This document shows, in pieces, positions 46,435 through 56,238 of a DNA stretch of 56,238 nucleotides. The DNA lies in NCBI GenBank assembly GCA_944349735.1, contig CALVNM010000004.1:1-56238 (forward strand), read 5' to 3'. How positions within the stretch are numbered: the stretch's first letter is position 1; each line of letters starts with the position of its first letter. The DNA is from an uncultured Clostridia bacterium. Lineage in GTDB: Bacteria; Bacillota; Clostridia; Christensenellales; DTU072. Under the pieces are notes generated by a model, which had not been told where the DNA came from, did no database searches, and saw only the letters and a list, made by a program, of their open reading frames with translations. Made by a program: the position numbers and the translations under genes.

Positions 46435-48229
46435 CGAACTTCAATATGGACATAAACGCTTCCGAGGGAATGGCTACCGAACCGAATTGACGCATGCGCT
46501 TCTTGCCCTCTTTCTGTTTCTCGAGCAGCTTTTTCTTACGCGTTATGTCGCCGCCGTAGCACTTGGCAAGCACGTCTTTGCGGAGCGCTTTGACGGTCTC
46601 GCGCGCGATTATCTTCGAGCCTATTGCCGCCTGCACGGGTATCTCGAACATCTGTCGCGGTATCACTTCCTTGAGTCTCTCGCAGATGCTGCGGGCGCGG
46701 GCGTAAGCCTTATCGCGGTGCACTATGAGCGAAAGTGCGTCGCAGGTCTCTCCGTTCAAGAGAAAATCGAGTTTGACGAGATTGTCTGCGCGATAGCCGT
46801 CCATCTCATATTCGAGAGAGGCGTAACCCCTTGTCCTGGACTTAAGGCTGTCGAAAAAGTCGTAGATTATCTCGGCAAGCGGTATGCTGTAATCTATGCG
46901 AACGCGCGAAGTGTCGAGGTAAGTGAGATTGACGAATATCCCACGCTTCTCCTGACAAAGCTCCATTATCGAGCCGACGTATTCGGGAGGCGTATAAATA
47001 TTCGCTTTCACTATAGGTTCCGAGATCTCCTCGATTTCGGCGGGATTGGGCAAATGCGACGGATTGTCCACCTTGAGAACTTCGCCGTTGGTTTTTCTGA
47101 CCATGTAACTGACGCTCGGAGCGGTAGTTACGAGATCGAGGTCGAATTCGCGTTCGAGCCTTTCTTCGATTATCTCCATGTGGAGAAGCCCCAAAAAGCC
47201 GGCACGGAAACCGAAGCCCAAAGCCCCGGACGTTTCCGCTTCGTATATCAGCGACGCGTCGTTAAGATTGAGTTTGTCGAGCGCGTCTCTGAGATCGTTG
47301 TACTTGGAACCGTCTGCGGGATATATACCCGCAAATACCATGGGGCTTATCTTTTTGTAGCCTTTGAGCGGCTCCGGAGCGCCGCACGTAGCTGTGGTTA
47401 TCGTGTCGCCTACCGCCGTGTCCTTGACGTTCTTGATACTCGCCGCTATGTAACCGACGTCGCCCGCTTTGAGTTCGTCAACCGCCTGCATATTGGGCGT
47501 GAAAATACCTACCTCGGTACATTCGAACTCTTTGCCCGACGACATCATCACTATGCGAGTTCCCGCGCGAATGCTTCCGTCGACGATACGCACGTTGCAG
47601 ATCGCACCCTTATAGTTGTCGTATGCGGAATCGAATATAAGCGCGCGGAGCGGAGCTGAGCCGTCGCCGCGAGGAGACGGCAGTTTCTCCACTATCTGCT
47701 CCAGAACTTCCTCTATATTTATGCCTTCCTTCGCGCTTATGAGCGGCGCTTCGGAAGCGTCGAGTCCTATAACTTCCTCGATCTCCTGCTTACACTCGTC
47801 GGGTCGCGCGGAAGGAAGATCTATCTTGTTTATGACCGGTATGATCTCGAGATCGTTATCTATCGCAAGATATGCGTTCGTAAGAGTCTGCGCTTCTATG
47901 CCCTGAGTGGCGTCGACAATAAGTATCGCGCCCTCGCAAGCAGCTAGAGAGCGGCTGACTTCGTAAGTGAAGTCGACATGCCCGGGAGTATCGATGAGGT
48001 TAAGAGTATATTCTTCGCCCTTATAAACGTATTTCATCCTCACGGGCGTGAGTTTTATGGTAATGCCTCTTTCCCGCTCGATGTCCATACTGTCGAGCAG
48101 TTGTTCCTTCATATCGCGCTTTCCTACAGCTCCGGTAAGCTCCATAAGCCTGTCCGCCAAAGTGCTTTTGCCGTGATCGATATGCGCTACGATGCAGAAA
48201 TTACGGATTTTTTGTTCTCTCGGATCCAT
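46421..48229 (-). CDS. lepA: Elongation factor 4 (LepA)
   Basis: [50 protein letters not shown]. Confidence 0.98.
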   Translation of the reverse strand: MDPREQKIRNFCIVAHIDHGKSTLADRLMELTGAVGKRDMKEQLLDSMDIERERGITIKLTPVRMKYVYKGEEYTLNLIDTPGHVDFTYEVSRSLAACEGAILIVDATQGIEAQTLTNAYLAIDNDLEIIPVINKIDLPSARPDECKQEIEEVIGLDASEAPLISAKEGINIEEVLEQIVEKLPSPRGDGSAPLRALIFDSAYDNYKGAICNVRIVDGSIRAGTRIVMMSSGKEFECTEVGIFTPNMQAVDELKAGDVGYIAASIKNVKDTAVGDTITTATCGAPEPLKGYKKISPMVFAGIYPADGSKYNDLRDALDKLNLNDASLIYEAETSGALGFGFRAGFLGLLHMEIIEERLEREFDLDLVTTAPSVSYMVRKTNGEVLKVDNPSHLPNPAEIEEISEPIVKANIYTPPEYVGSIMELCQEKRGIFVNLTYLDTSRVRIDYSIPLAEIIYDFFDSLKSRTRGYASLEYEMDGYRADNLVKLDFLLNGETCDALSLIVHRDKAYARARSICERLKEVIPRQMFEIPVQAAIGSKIIARETVKALRKDVLAKCYGGDITRKKKLLEKQKEGKKRMRQFGSVAIPSEAFMSILKFDDNE

Positions 48230-48251
48230 TAACAGTCGATATAAGTCTCGT

Positions 48252-48623
48252 TTACGCGCCGGTTTTTTTGCGGTAATCTTCTATTGCCGCGTGTATGGCT
48301 TCTTCCGCAAGCACGGAACAATGTATCTTCTGCGGAGGAAGTCCTCCGAGATAATCGACCACGTCGGCGTTCTTGATCTTAAGCGCGTCTTCCACGGTCT
48401 TGCCTATGACCATTCTGGTCGCAACCGAAGCGGTGGCTATCGCCGCGGCGCATCCGAACGTCTTGAACTTGGCGTCTACTATGACGTCGTTCTCGATCCT
48501 CAGATACATCTTCATGATGTCGCCGCAAGCGGCATTACCTATCGTGCCGACTCCGGACGGGTTTTCCATTTCTCCTGCGTTGGCGGGGCTGGAAAATTCC
48601 TTCAAAACTTTGTCGTTATACAT
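48252..48623 (-). CDS. nifU: Fe-S cluster scaffold NifU/IscU
   Basis: [19 protein letters not shown] and KIHCSVLAE (three Cys ligands). Confidence 0.93.
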   Translation of the reverse strand: MYNDKVLKEFSSPANAGEMENPSGVGTIGNAACGDIMKMYLRIENDVIVDAKFKTFGCAAAIATASVATRMVIGKTVEDALKIKNADVVDYLGGLPPQKIHCSVLAEEAIHAAIEDYRKKTGA

Positions 48624-49800
48624 ATGAACCTGTTCCTTTTTCCATATTGAAAAGAGGCGATATGGCGCGCAACTTTTCTACGGTCTCCTTAAGAACCTTA
48701 TAAGTGTACTCCATATCCTCCTCGGTGGTATCTCTTCCTAAGCTGAATCTTATCGAACTGTGCGCAAGCTCTTCGGGGACCCCGAGCGCGAGAATGACGT
48801 GAGAAGGTTCCAAGGAACCCGAAGAACACGCCGATCCGCTGCTCACGGCTATGCCCGCGAGATCGAGATTGATGAGTATGCTCTCGCCTTCGATGAATTC
48901 GAAGCTGAAATTAACGTTGTTGGGCAATCTGTGTTCGGTACCGCCGTTAAGGTGCACGTAGGGTATGCCTTCCTGAACGCGCTTGATGAACGCGTCGCGA
49001 AGCGCGGAAATGTGCGCATTGTTTTTCTCGCGGTCGCGGCAGGCCGTCTCGAGCGCGTCAGCCATACCGACTATAAGAGGAGTGTCGGTCGTCCCCGCTC
49101 TCATGTGCCTCTCCTGGTGTCCTCCCGCGATGAGACGTTCGAGTCTCACGCCGGAACGGATATACAGTACGCCTATGCCTTTGGGTCCGTGGAACTTATG
49201 CGCCGACATAGACAGCATGTCTATATTCAGCTCGTCCACGTCGATTTTCTGAGAATCCATGGCCTGTACGGCGTCCGTATGGAAAAGTATGCCTTCCTCT
49301 CTGCAGAACGCGCCTATTTCGGCTATCGGCTGAATGGCTCCCATCTCGTTATTGGCGAACATCACCGATACGAGAACCGTGTCGTCCGTGACGGCGTTCT
49401 TCACGTCCTCGACATTTACCCTGCCGTCGCTTCCTACGGGAAGATAAGTGACTTTTACGCCCTCTTTCTTCTCGAGATATTCGCAGGTCTCCATGATCGC
49501 CGGATGTTCTATCGCAGTGGTTACGATGTGTTTGTTTTTGTTGCGCGCGGCGCGTACCGCGCCTTTCAGCGCCCAGTTATCGGACTCGCTGCCTCCGGAC
49601 GTGAAATAGATCTCGTTCGCGCGCGCGCCGATAAGCGCCGCTATCTTGTCCCGCGCTGCGTCTACGGCGGCGCTCGCCTCTCTGCCGTAAGCGTGCAGAG
49701 AGGACGGATTGCCGAATTTGTCCGTAAAGTACGGCAACATCGCTTCAAGCGCGTGTCGGTCGAGAGCGGTAGTAGCCGAATTGTCCAAATAAACTTTCAT
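48616..49800 (-). CDS. nifS: Cysteine desulfurase NifS/IscS
   Basis: YLDNSATT, FTSGGSESDN, HTDAVQ, SAHKFHGPKG, SSGSACSS. Confidence 0.96.
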   Translation of the reverse strand: MKVYLDNSATTALDRHALEAMLPYFTDKFGNPSSLHAYGREASAAVDAARDKIAALIGARANEIYFTSGGSESDNWALKGAVRAARNKNKHIVTTAIEHPAIMETCEYLEKKEGVKVTYLPVGSDGRVNVEDVKNAVTDDTVLVSVMFANNEMGAIQPIAEIGAFCREEGILFHTDAVQAMDSQKIDVDELNIDMLSMSAHKFHGPKGIGVLYIRSGVRLERLIAGGHQERHMRAGTTDTPLIVGMADALETACRDREKNNAHISALRDAFIKRVQEGIPYVHLNGGTEHRLPNNVNFSFEFIEGESILINLDLAGIAVSSGSACSSGSLEPSHVILALGVPEELAHSSIRFSLGRDTTEEDMEYTYKVLKETVEKLRAISPLFNMEKGTGSYV

Positions 49801-49825
49801 AGTTATACTTCCGAATATTGACTTA

Positions 49826-51082
49826 TTATCCGAGAATGAAGTCGTCTTTATAGAGCGGGAAGCGCGCGGTAAGTTCCGCTATACGCGCTTTAACGCTCTC
49901 GACGGCGGCTTCCTTGTTGCGGATTATATCCACGATACACTCGCCGATCACTTTCATAGCCGCTTCGTCCATACCGCGAGTCGTTGCAGCCGGCGTTCCT
50001 ATGCGGAGCCCGTTGGGGTTGAAGGGGCTGGCGTCGTCGTTGGGAATGCTGTTCTTGTTTGCGGTAATGTGACCTTCGTCGAGAAGGTGTTCGAGTTCTT
50101 TGCCTGTTACGCCCGTTCCTCTGAGATCGACAAGCATGAGATGATTGTCGGTGCCGTCGGAGAAAAGTTTGATACCGCCCGCCATGAGAGTTGCGGCGAG
50201 CGCTTTGGCGTTAGCGATGACCTGCTCCTGATATTTTTTGAACTCGGGAGAAAGAGCCTCTTTAAGCGCCACCGCTTTAGCCGCGATAATGTGCATGAGA
50301 GGACCGCCCTGCGTTCCGGGAAATACCGCTTTGTCTATAAGTTTTGCGATCTCTTCGTTATTCGTCATTATCATACCGCCGCGAGGACCTCTCAGCGTCT
50401 TATGCGTGGTAGTGGTGACGACGTCTGCGTAAGGTACGGGATTCATGTGAAGCCCTGCGGCGACAAGTCCCGCGATATGCGCCATGTCGACCATGAGAAG
50501 AGCGCCCGTTTTGTCGGCAATCTCTCTGAAACGCTTGAAATCGATGGCTCTCGGATATGCGCTCGCGCCCGCGACAATAAGTTTCGCGCACGATTCTTTC
50601 GCTATTCTTTCCACTTCGTCGTAATCGATATAACCTTCGGAATTGACGCCGTAAGCTACGAATTTATAGTTTTTGCCGCTGACGTTGACGGGACTGCCGT
50701 GAGTAAGATGCCCGCCGTGTCCGAGATTCATACCGAGAACGGTATCCCCGTTCTTGAGCAGCGAGAAATAGACCTGGAAGTTGGCGCTGCTGCCGGAATG
50801 AGGCTGAACGTTGACGTATTTGACGTTGAAAAGCTTTTTCGCACGTTCGCGCGCAAGCTCTTCCGCCTCGTCCACGAACTGGCATCCGCCGTAATAGCGT
50901 TTGCCGGGATAACCCTCGGCATACTTATTGGTGAGATGGGTGCCTGCCGCGGTAAGCACGGGAAGCGACACGAAGTTCTCGGAAGCAATGAGTTCCACGT
51001 TGCCCTGCTGTCTTTCGAGTTCGCGTACGAGCGCGCCGTAGAGCTCTTCGTCGGCAGCTTTAATAGGTCTTAAATCTATCAT
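49826..51082 (-). CDS. glyA: Serine hydroxymethyltransferase
   Basis: [41 protein letters not shown]. Confidence 0.98.
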   Translation of the reverse strand: MIDLRPIKAADEELYGALVRELERQQGNVELIASENFVSLPVLTAAGTHLTNKYAEGYPGKRYYGGCQFVDEAEELARERAKKLFNVKYVNVQPHSGSSANFQVYFSLLKNGDTVLGMNLGHGGHLTHGSPVNVSGKNYKFVAYGVNSEGYIDYDEVERIAKESCAKLIVAGASAYPRAIDFKRFREIADKTGALLMVDMAHIAGLVAAGLHMNPVPYADVVTTTTHKTLRGPRGGMIMTNNEEIAKLIDKAVFPGTQGGPLMHIIAAKAVALKEALSPEFKKYQEQVIANAKALAATLMAGGIKLFSDGTDNHLMLVDLRGTGVTGKELEHLLDEGHITANKNSIPNDDASPFNPNGLRIGTPAATTRGMDEAAMKVIGECIVDIIRNKEAAVESVKARIAELTARFPLYKDDFILG

Positions 51083-51120
51083 TTACTTTTCTCCTTGAGG
51101 TGATTTTCTTGTCTAATAAG

Positions 51121-51438
51121 TTATAAGTATTTTTCTATAACGGAAAGTACCTGCCCTTTCGTCCTGACGCCTACGCTCTGCTCCGCTACCGCTCCGTCTT
51201 TGAAATAGATGAGCGTTGGTATCGTCATGATACGGAAGCGTCTCGCAAGATCCTCGTTTTCGTCCACGTCGACTTTTGCCACCGCGAATTTACCGTCGGT
51301 CTCTTCCGCGATCTCCTCGATCGTGGGAAGCATGATCCGGCACGGTCCGCACCATGTAGCCCAGAAGTCTACAAGCACGACTTTGTTGTCGGCTATAAGC
51401 TTATCGAATTCGGCTGCGCTGTGTATAATATTGATCAT
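51121..51438 (-). CDS. trxA: Thioredoxin
   Basis: DFWATWCGPC and cis-Pro IPTL; real start is ATG 51438 with an AGGAGG RBS. Confidence 0.95.
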   Translation of the reverse strand: MINIIHSAAEFDKLIADNKVVLVDFWATWCGPCRIMLPTIEEIAEETDGKFAVAKVDVDENEDLARRFRIMTIPTLIYFKDGAVAEQSVGVRTKGQVLSVIEKYL

Positions 51439-51463
51439 ATATAGCCTCCTTGAGGGATGATTT

Positions 51464-52009
51464 TTATTTTTCGGCGTCCTCGACTGACGCTCCGCTTTCG
51501 ATCGCATTATCGCATATTCGGGTATCCGTATCGGAAATACCGGCGACCCCTTCGTCGGTATCCATGGCATCATGCGTTTGATTCGTACCCTCTTCCGAGG
51601 AGCTTTCTTCCTGCAATAAGGCTTCCATGACCGGCATGTACCCCCTGCGCTTACGTATTACGAATCTGTCTATGAGCGCGACCGCGACGAAACCGGCTAC
51701 GAGTCCCGCTGCGGATGCTCCGAGCGAAACATAAGCGTTGAGCTTATAGGTACACGCGAGGATCACTGCCATCGGAACGAGAGGAAGGACGTATACGAGA
51801 GTCGCCGCAGTAAGCACTGCCCTGTTGCCCATGCACACCGTGACTTTGTCGCCCACACGTGCGTTGAGCGTATTGGGCAGTCTCAGTTCCACGTAGTTCG
51901 CTTCGCGCGGCTTAAGGCACATGTTACAATGCTCGCAAGCCGTCTTCCTGTCGAATCTGACCGTAGCGAATTTGCCCTTTACCTTGCTGACCACGCCCGT
52001 CTCGCGCAT
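51464..52009 (-). CDS. RseC/MucC family membrane protein
   Basis: MRETGVV, ACEHCNMC, N...ARVGDKV, LVYVLPL and two TMs, plus an acidic C-terminal tail. Confidence 0.85.
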   Translation of the reverse strand: MRETGVVSKVKGKFATVRFDRKTACEHCNMCLKPREANYVELRLPNTLNARVGDKVTVCMGNRAVLTAATLVYVLPLVPMAVILACTYKLNAYVSLGASAAGLVAGFVAVALIDRFVIRKRRGYMPVMEALLQEESSSEEGTNQTHDAMDTDEGVAGISDTDTRICDNAIESGASVEDAEK

Positions 52010-52020
52010 ATATACCTATA

Positions 52021-53817
52021 TTATTTCTTCGCGCCTTCCGCGCACGTTATGCCCAGCTCGTCAAGCTGAGACTTCTCCACTTCGGAGGGACAATTCTCCA
52101 TAAGTCCCATAGCCGCCTGGTTTTTCGGGAAAGCTATGACATCTTTGATGTTGTCCGTGCCCGTAAGAAGCATGACCAGTCTGTCGAGACCGAACGCAAG
52201 TCCGCCGTGCGGCGGTACGCCGTAACCGAAGGCTTCGACGAAGAATCCGAAACGCTCCGTGATGTCCTTATCGGAAAGTCCGATCTTCTCGAACATCTTC
52301 TTCTGAATCTCGCGCGAATGGATACGTACGGAGCCGCCGCCCGCTTCCTGTCCGTTGATGACGAGGTCATACGCCTTTGCGCGTACTTTAAGCGGCTTCT
52401 TGTCGATGTATTTGAGATCTTCGTTCATGGGGCTTGTAAACGGGTGATGCATCGCCACGAGACGCTTTTCCTCTTCGTCGTACTCGTAGAGAGGGAATTC
52501 CGTGACCCACAGCACGTCGAAAACGCTCTCGTCGATAAGTCCGTGTTTCTTGGCTATCGCAAGGCGGAGCGCGCCGAGCGCGTCGAATACTTTTTTGTCC
52601 TTATCGGCGACAAAGAAGAGCATGTCGCCGGTTTCACCGCCCATCGCTTCGACCAAAGCGTTGAAACGCTCTTCGTCGAAGAACTTACGTATGGGAGAGG
52701 AAACGCCTTCGGGTTTGAGCGCGATATACGCAAGTCCCTTTGCGCCGTACTCTTTCACGACGTCCTGATATGCGTCGATCTCTTTGCGGGTAAGTGAAGC
52801 GAGTCCTTTCGCGTTAATGCCGCGCACGCTCATTCCCCTCTTCGACGCCGCAGCGTCGAATACGGAAAAGCCGCAGTTCCTGACGAGTTTGGTGACGTTG
52901 TTAAGCTCGAGTCCGAAACGCGTGTCGGGCTTATCGCTGCCGAAGCGTTCCATGGCTTCCTTATATTTAAGTTGTCTGAAATGACGGGGGAGCTTCAATC
53001 CCACGGTCTCTTTAAATATCTCACGTATAAGACCTTCCGCAGCATACATAACGTCGCGTGCGGAATCGACATAACTCATTTCGATGTCGATCTGAGTGAA
53101 TTCAGGCTGACGGTTGGCTCGGAGATCCTCGTCTCGGAAGCACTTCACTATCTGGAAATACTTGTCGAAACCGGCTATCATGAGAAGCTGTTTATAGAGC
53201 TGAGGGGATTGCGGGAGCGCATAGAAAGATCCGGGATGCACTCTGCTGGGCACGAGGTAGTCTCGCGCGCCTTCGGGGGTAGATTTGCCGAGGAAAGGCG
53301 TCTCTATATTGAGGAAGCCGTGCGCCGACATGTAATTGAACGTTGTCTCTACTATCTTGGCACGAGTCATCAATATCTTCTGGAGCGAAGGACGGCGAAG
53401 ATCGAGATAACGGTATTTGAGTCTCAGGTTTTCGCCGACATTGGCAAGATCCGACACGGCGAAAGGAGGCGTATCCGCTTCCGAAATGATCCTGACTTCG
53501 TCTGCGAGCAGTTCTATTTCGCCGGTGGGGATATTGGGATTAACGTTCTTCTCTCCGCGCGCGCGCACCGTTCCCGTCACGGCGAGAACGTATTCGTTAC
53601 GTATCGCGGTGGACTTGGCGAACACTTCTGGGTAATCGGACTCCGAGAAGCATATCTGAAGTATTCCCGTTCTGTCTCTAAGGTCTACGAACTGGATACT
53701 GCCGAGATTGCGGTACTTGGCGACGAAACCCATCGCGGTCACCTTCTTGCCTATGTCCGCGGAAGTGTATTCCCCGCACATCTTGGTTCTCTTCAACCCT
53801 GTTAAAAATTCTGCCAT
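52021..53817 (-). CDS. aspS: Aspartate--tRNA ligase
   Basis: FVDLRDRTG, RLKYRYLDLRR, STPEGARDY, PQSPQ, CFRDEDLRANRQPEFTQID, PPHGGLAFGLDR. Confidence 0.98.
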   Translation of the reverse strand: MAEFLTGLKRTKMCGEYTSADIGKKVTAMGFVAKYRNLGSIQFVDLRDRTGILQICFSESDYPEVFAKSTAIRNEYVLAVTGTVRARGEKNVNPNIPTGEIELLADEVRIISEADTPPFAVSDLANVGENLRLKYRYLDLRRPSLQKILMTRAKIVETTFNYMSAHGFLNIETPFLGKSTPEGARDYLVPSRVHPGSFYALPQSPQLYKQLLMIAGFDKYFQIVKCFRDEDLRANRQPEFTQIDIEMSYVDSARDVMYAAEGLIREIFKETVGLKLPRHFRQLKYKEAMERFGSDKPDTRFGLELNNVTKLVRNCGFSVFDAAASKRGMSVRGINAKGLASLTRKEIDAYQDVVKEYGAKGLAYIALKPEGVSSPIRKFFDEERFNALVEAMGGETGDMLFFVADKDKKVFDALGALRLAIAKKHGLIDESVFDVLWVTEFPLYEYDEEEKRLVAMHHPFTSPMNEDLKYIDKKPLKVRAKAYDLVINGQEAGGGSVRIHSREIQKKMFEKIGLSDKDITERFGFFVEAFGYGVPPHGGLAFGLDRLVMLLTGTDNIKDVIAFPKNQAAMGLMENCPSEVEKSQLDELGITCAEGAKK

Positions 53818-53818
53818 A

Positions 53819-55069
53819 TCAGTCTTTCAACTCCTCTTGAAGTTTATCTAATTCGACGACCTTTTCGGAGCCGTCGGACATTTTCCTCAAAGCGGCTTTA
53901 CCGCTCGCCAATTCGTCGCCGCCCAACACGAGCGTGTATGCGTAACCGCGCTTGCCTGCGTACTTCATCTGCGCCTTCAGGCTGCGCGACATGAGGTCGG
54001 TATCCGCAGAGATACCGGATTTGCGTAAATCCGTCGTAAGTCTGTATGCCGCCGCGGCTTCGGAAGAAGTAAGCGGCGCGATGTAGATAAGAGGTATTTC
54101 CGGCTTTCCGACGTTGAGACCGAGGCTCTCGAGTACGAGAATAAGCCTTTCGAGCCCCATACCGAAACCAACGGCGGGCGTCGGCTTACCGCCTACTTCC
54201 GCTACGAGATTATTGTACCTGCCTCCGCCGCAGACGGTACCTTGCGCGCCTATCGAAGTCGATATGAATTCGAATACGGTACGGGTATAATAATCGAGTC
54301 CCCTGACGATCATCGGGTTGACTATGAACGGTATGCCGAGCGCGGTAAGTATGTCCGATACCGCCCTATGATGCGCGGCGCAATCATCGCAGAGATAATC
54401 TATCGTCTTGGGAGCGCCCGCCGTTATACGTTTGCAACCCTCTTCCTTACAGTCGAGGATTCGCAAAGGATTTTTGACGTAGCGTTCGCGGCATACCGGA
54501 CACATTGAGTCGATATTCGCTGCGAGATATTCCCTCAGCGCGCGGTTATATTCCGCCCTGCATTCGGGGCAGCCTATGCTGTTTATATTAAGCTCGAGTT
54601 CGGTGATGCCGAGCTTCGTAAAGAGCGTTTTCGCCACCGTCATGGCTTCCACGTCGGCATACGGCGAATCCGAGCCGTATATCTCAACGCCGAACTGATG
54701 ATGTTCGCGCAGTCTGCCCGCCTGAGGTCTCTCATAGCGGAATACGGGCGTGAGATAATACATTTTGACCGGCTGAGCGCCGTCGGCGAGATTGCCTTCG
54801 ATATAGGCGCGCGCCACCCCCGCCGTACCTTCGGGCTTCAGCGTCATGCTCCTTCCGCCCTTATCGTCGAAGGTGTACATCTCTTTATTGACTATATCCG
54901 TGGTCTCTCCCACGCCGCGTGCGAAAAGTTCGGTATGTTCGAACGTAGGAGTGCGTATCTCGTTAAGTCCGAATTCCTCCGCCGTCTCGCGTACGACGTT
55001 CTCGATATAGTGCCATTTGTAACTCTCTGCGGGCAATACGTCTTTCGTACCCTTGGGAATATTGATCAT
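53819..55069 (-). CDS. hisS: Histidine--tRNA ligase
   Basis: PKGTKD, LKPEGTAG, FRYERPQAGRLREHHQFG, VRGLDYY, GGGRY, GFGMGLER. Confidence 0.98.
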   Translation of the reverse strand: MINIPKGTKDVLPAESYKWHYIENVVRETAEEFGLNEIRTPTFEHTELFARGVGETTDIVNKEMYTFDDKGGRSMTLKPEGTAGVARAYIEGNLADGAQPVKMYYLTPVFRYERPQAGRLREHHQFGVEIYGSDSPYADVEAMTVAKTLFTKLGITELELNINSIGCPECRAEYNRALREYLAANIDSMCPVCRERYVKNPLRILDCKEEGCKRITAGAPKTIDYLCDDCAAHHRAVSDILTALGIPFIVNPMIVRGLDYYTRTVFEFISTSIGAQGTVCGGGRYNNLVAEVGGKPTPAVGFGMGLERLILVLESLGLNVGKPEIPLIYIAPLTSSEAAAAYRLTTDLRKSGISADTDLMSRSLKAQMKYAGKRGYAYTLVLGGDELASGKAALRKMSDGSEKVVELDKLQEELKD

Positions 55070-55121
55070 ATCGTACCTGTCTTATCCTTATGTTTCGCGC
55101 GGCAATGCCGCACGGGCTTGT

Positions 55122-56238
55122 TTACAGTATATATTTTTTGAGATTCATGCGCTTCGTAACGCTTTCCATATGCTCCGTAACGTATTTACGGTCGATAACG
55201 ACCTCTATATCGTCGTGATCTCCGGACGCGTTGAAGCTGATGTCCTCGAGCAAAGTTTCCATTACGGTATGCAGTCTGCGTGCTCCGATATTTTCGTTAT
55301 TCTCATTCTCGAGGAACGCTATGCCTGCAAGCTCGTCTATCGCCTCATCGGTGAACTTGAGTTTGATGTTGTCCACGCCGAGCAAAGCCGCGTACTGCAT
55401 GATTATCGCGTTGTCGGGTTCTTTAAGTATTTTACTGAAATCCTCGCGCGTCAGGCTGTTAAGCTCGACGAGTACAGGGAATCTTCCCTGTAATTCGGGT
55501 ATGAGGTCGTTGACCTTGGCGATATGGAAAGCTCCCGCCGCGATGAACAGTATGAAGTCGGTACGGATGTTGCCGTACTTAGTGTTTACGGTGCAACCTT
55601 CCACTATGGGAAGTATGTCGCGCTGAACGCCCTCTCTCGATACGTCGGGTCCGTTGACGTTGCCCTTGCTCGCTATCTTATCCATCTCGTCGATGAATAC
55701 TATGCCGTCCTGCTCCGCTCTGCGGATACCTTCCGAATTGATGGCGTCGTCGTCGATGAGTTTGGACGCTTCGGCTTTTGTGAGAAGGTCATATGCCTCT
55801 TTTACGGTGACTTTGCGCTTTTTTGTCTGCTTGGGCATGAGCTTACTCATGAACTCGCCGAGATTAGTCTCGTTACCGCCTATAGGTCCGAGCTGCAGGG
55901 GTTGCGCCTGAACGGGCATGTCCATCTCTATCATTATCTTGTCGAGCTTGCCGGAATTGAGTTCGGCGGCGAGCGTCTCCCGTATCTCCGCGTCACTCAT
56001 CTCGGGACGGCTCTTCTTACGCGCGGGGAACAGTCCGTCCACGAGTTTACGTTCGGCGGCTTCCTTCGCTTTAGGCTCCACCTCGGCGATCTTCTCCTCT
56101 CTTACGAGCCTGATGGCGCACTCGACGAGATCTCGTATCATAGATTCGACATCTCTGCCTACGTATCCCACTTCAGTGAATTTGGTAGCCTCAACTTTGA
56201 CAAACGGCGCTTTGACGAGCTTTGCAAGCCTTCTCGCT
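55122..56238 (-). CDS. hslU: ATP-dependent protease ATPase subunit HslU (5' end outside the window)
   Basis: ARRLAKL..APFVKVEATKFTEVGYVGRDVES, GIVFIDEMDKI, VSREGVQRDILP, LIPELQGRFP, NIGARRLHT. Confidence 0.96.
   Translation of the reverse strand, partial: ARRLAKLVKAPFVKVEATKFTEVGYVGRDVESMIRDLVECAIRLVREEKIAEVEPKAKEAAERKLVDGLFPARKKSRPEMSDAEIRETLAAELNSGKLDKIMIEMDMPVQAQPLQLGPIGGNETNLGEFMSKLMPKQTKKRKVTVKEAYDLLTKAEASKLIDDDAINSEGIRRAEQDGIVFIDEMDKIASKGNVNGPDVSREGVQRDILPIVEGCTVNTKYGNIRTDFILFIAAGAFHIAKVNDLIPELQGRFPVLVELNSLTREDFSKILKEPDNAIIMQYAALLGVDNIKLKFTDEAIDELAGIAFLENENNENIGARRLHTVMETLLEDISFNASGDHDDIEVVIDRKYVTEHMESVTKRMNLKKYIL

Noticed and set aside
55070-55121. T-box leader upstream of hisS-aspS
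   Set aside because: The gap is only about 50 nt and lacks the T-box consensus.

Overview
This is a gene-dense, mostly housekeeping chromosomal segment of a Clostridia-type (Bacillota) anaerobe, probably a gut organism. The taxon is inferred from gene content (dapL, hemZ, clostridial nifS-nifU, GGGtGRT pair, trmK, CIRCE/hrcA). About 41 CDS are present and almost all lie on the minus strand. In transcription order from the right end: hslU(partial)-hisS-aspS-rseC-trxA-glyA-nifS-nifU-lepA-hemW | hrcA-grpE-dnaK-dnaJ-prmA-mtaB-hit-MacB-like ABC | rpsU | hypothetical | dnaG-rpoD-trmK-nif3-Zn ribbon-dapF-dapL-purA | GH2 beta-galactosidase-patatin-PTS IIC-polA-coaE-dinB | thyA | folA-icd-MBL-hemZ | rpsO | pnp | NifU-like + GGGtGRT(partial). 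The only plus-strand block (9177-15903) encodes a large DUF4011/SF1-helicase/Vsr-like nuclease protein resembling the Hhe anti-phage protein, followed by degV, apbE, a NusG-II protein and a Gx transporter. The best leads are: (1) the Hhe-like helicase, whose nuclease site looks degenerate and which sits in a housekeeping context; (2) dnaG apparently starting at a non-canonical ATT codon; (3) a tightly coupled beta-galactosidase + patatin + membrane-protein module that could break down galactolipids; (4) the uncharacterised NifU-like/GGGtGRT pair. I saw no tRNA, rRNA, CRISPR array, transposase or integrase. All calls come from reading motifs by eye; no database search was run.
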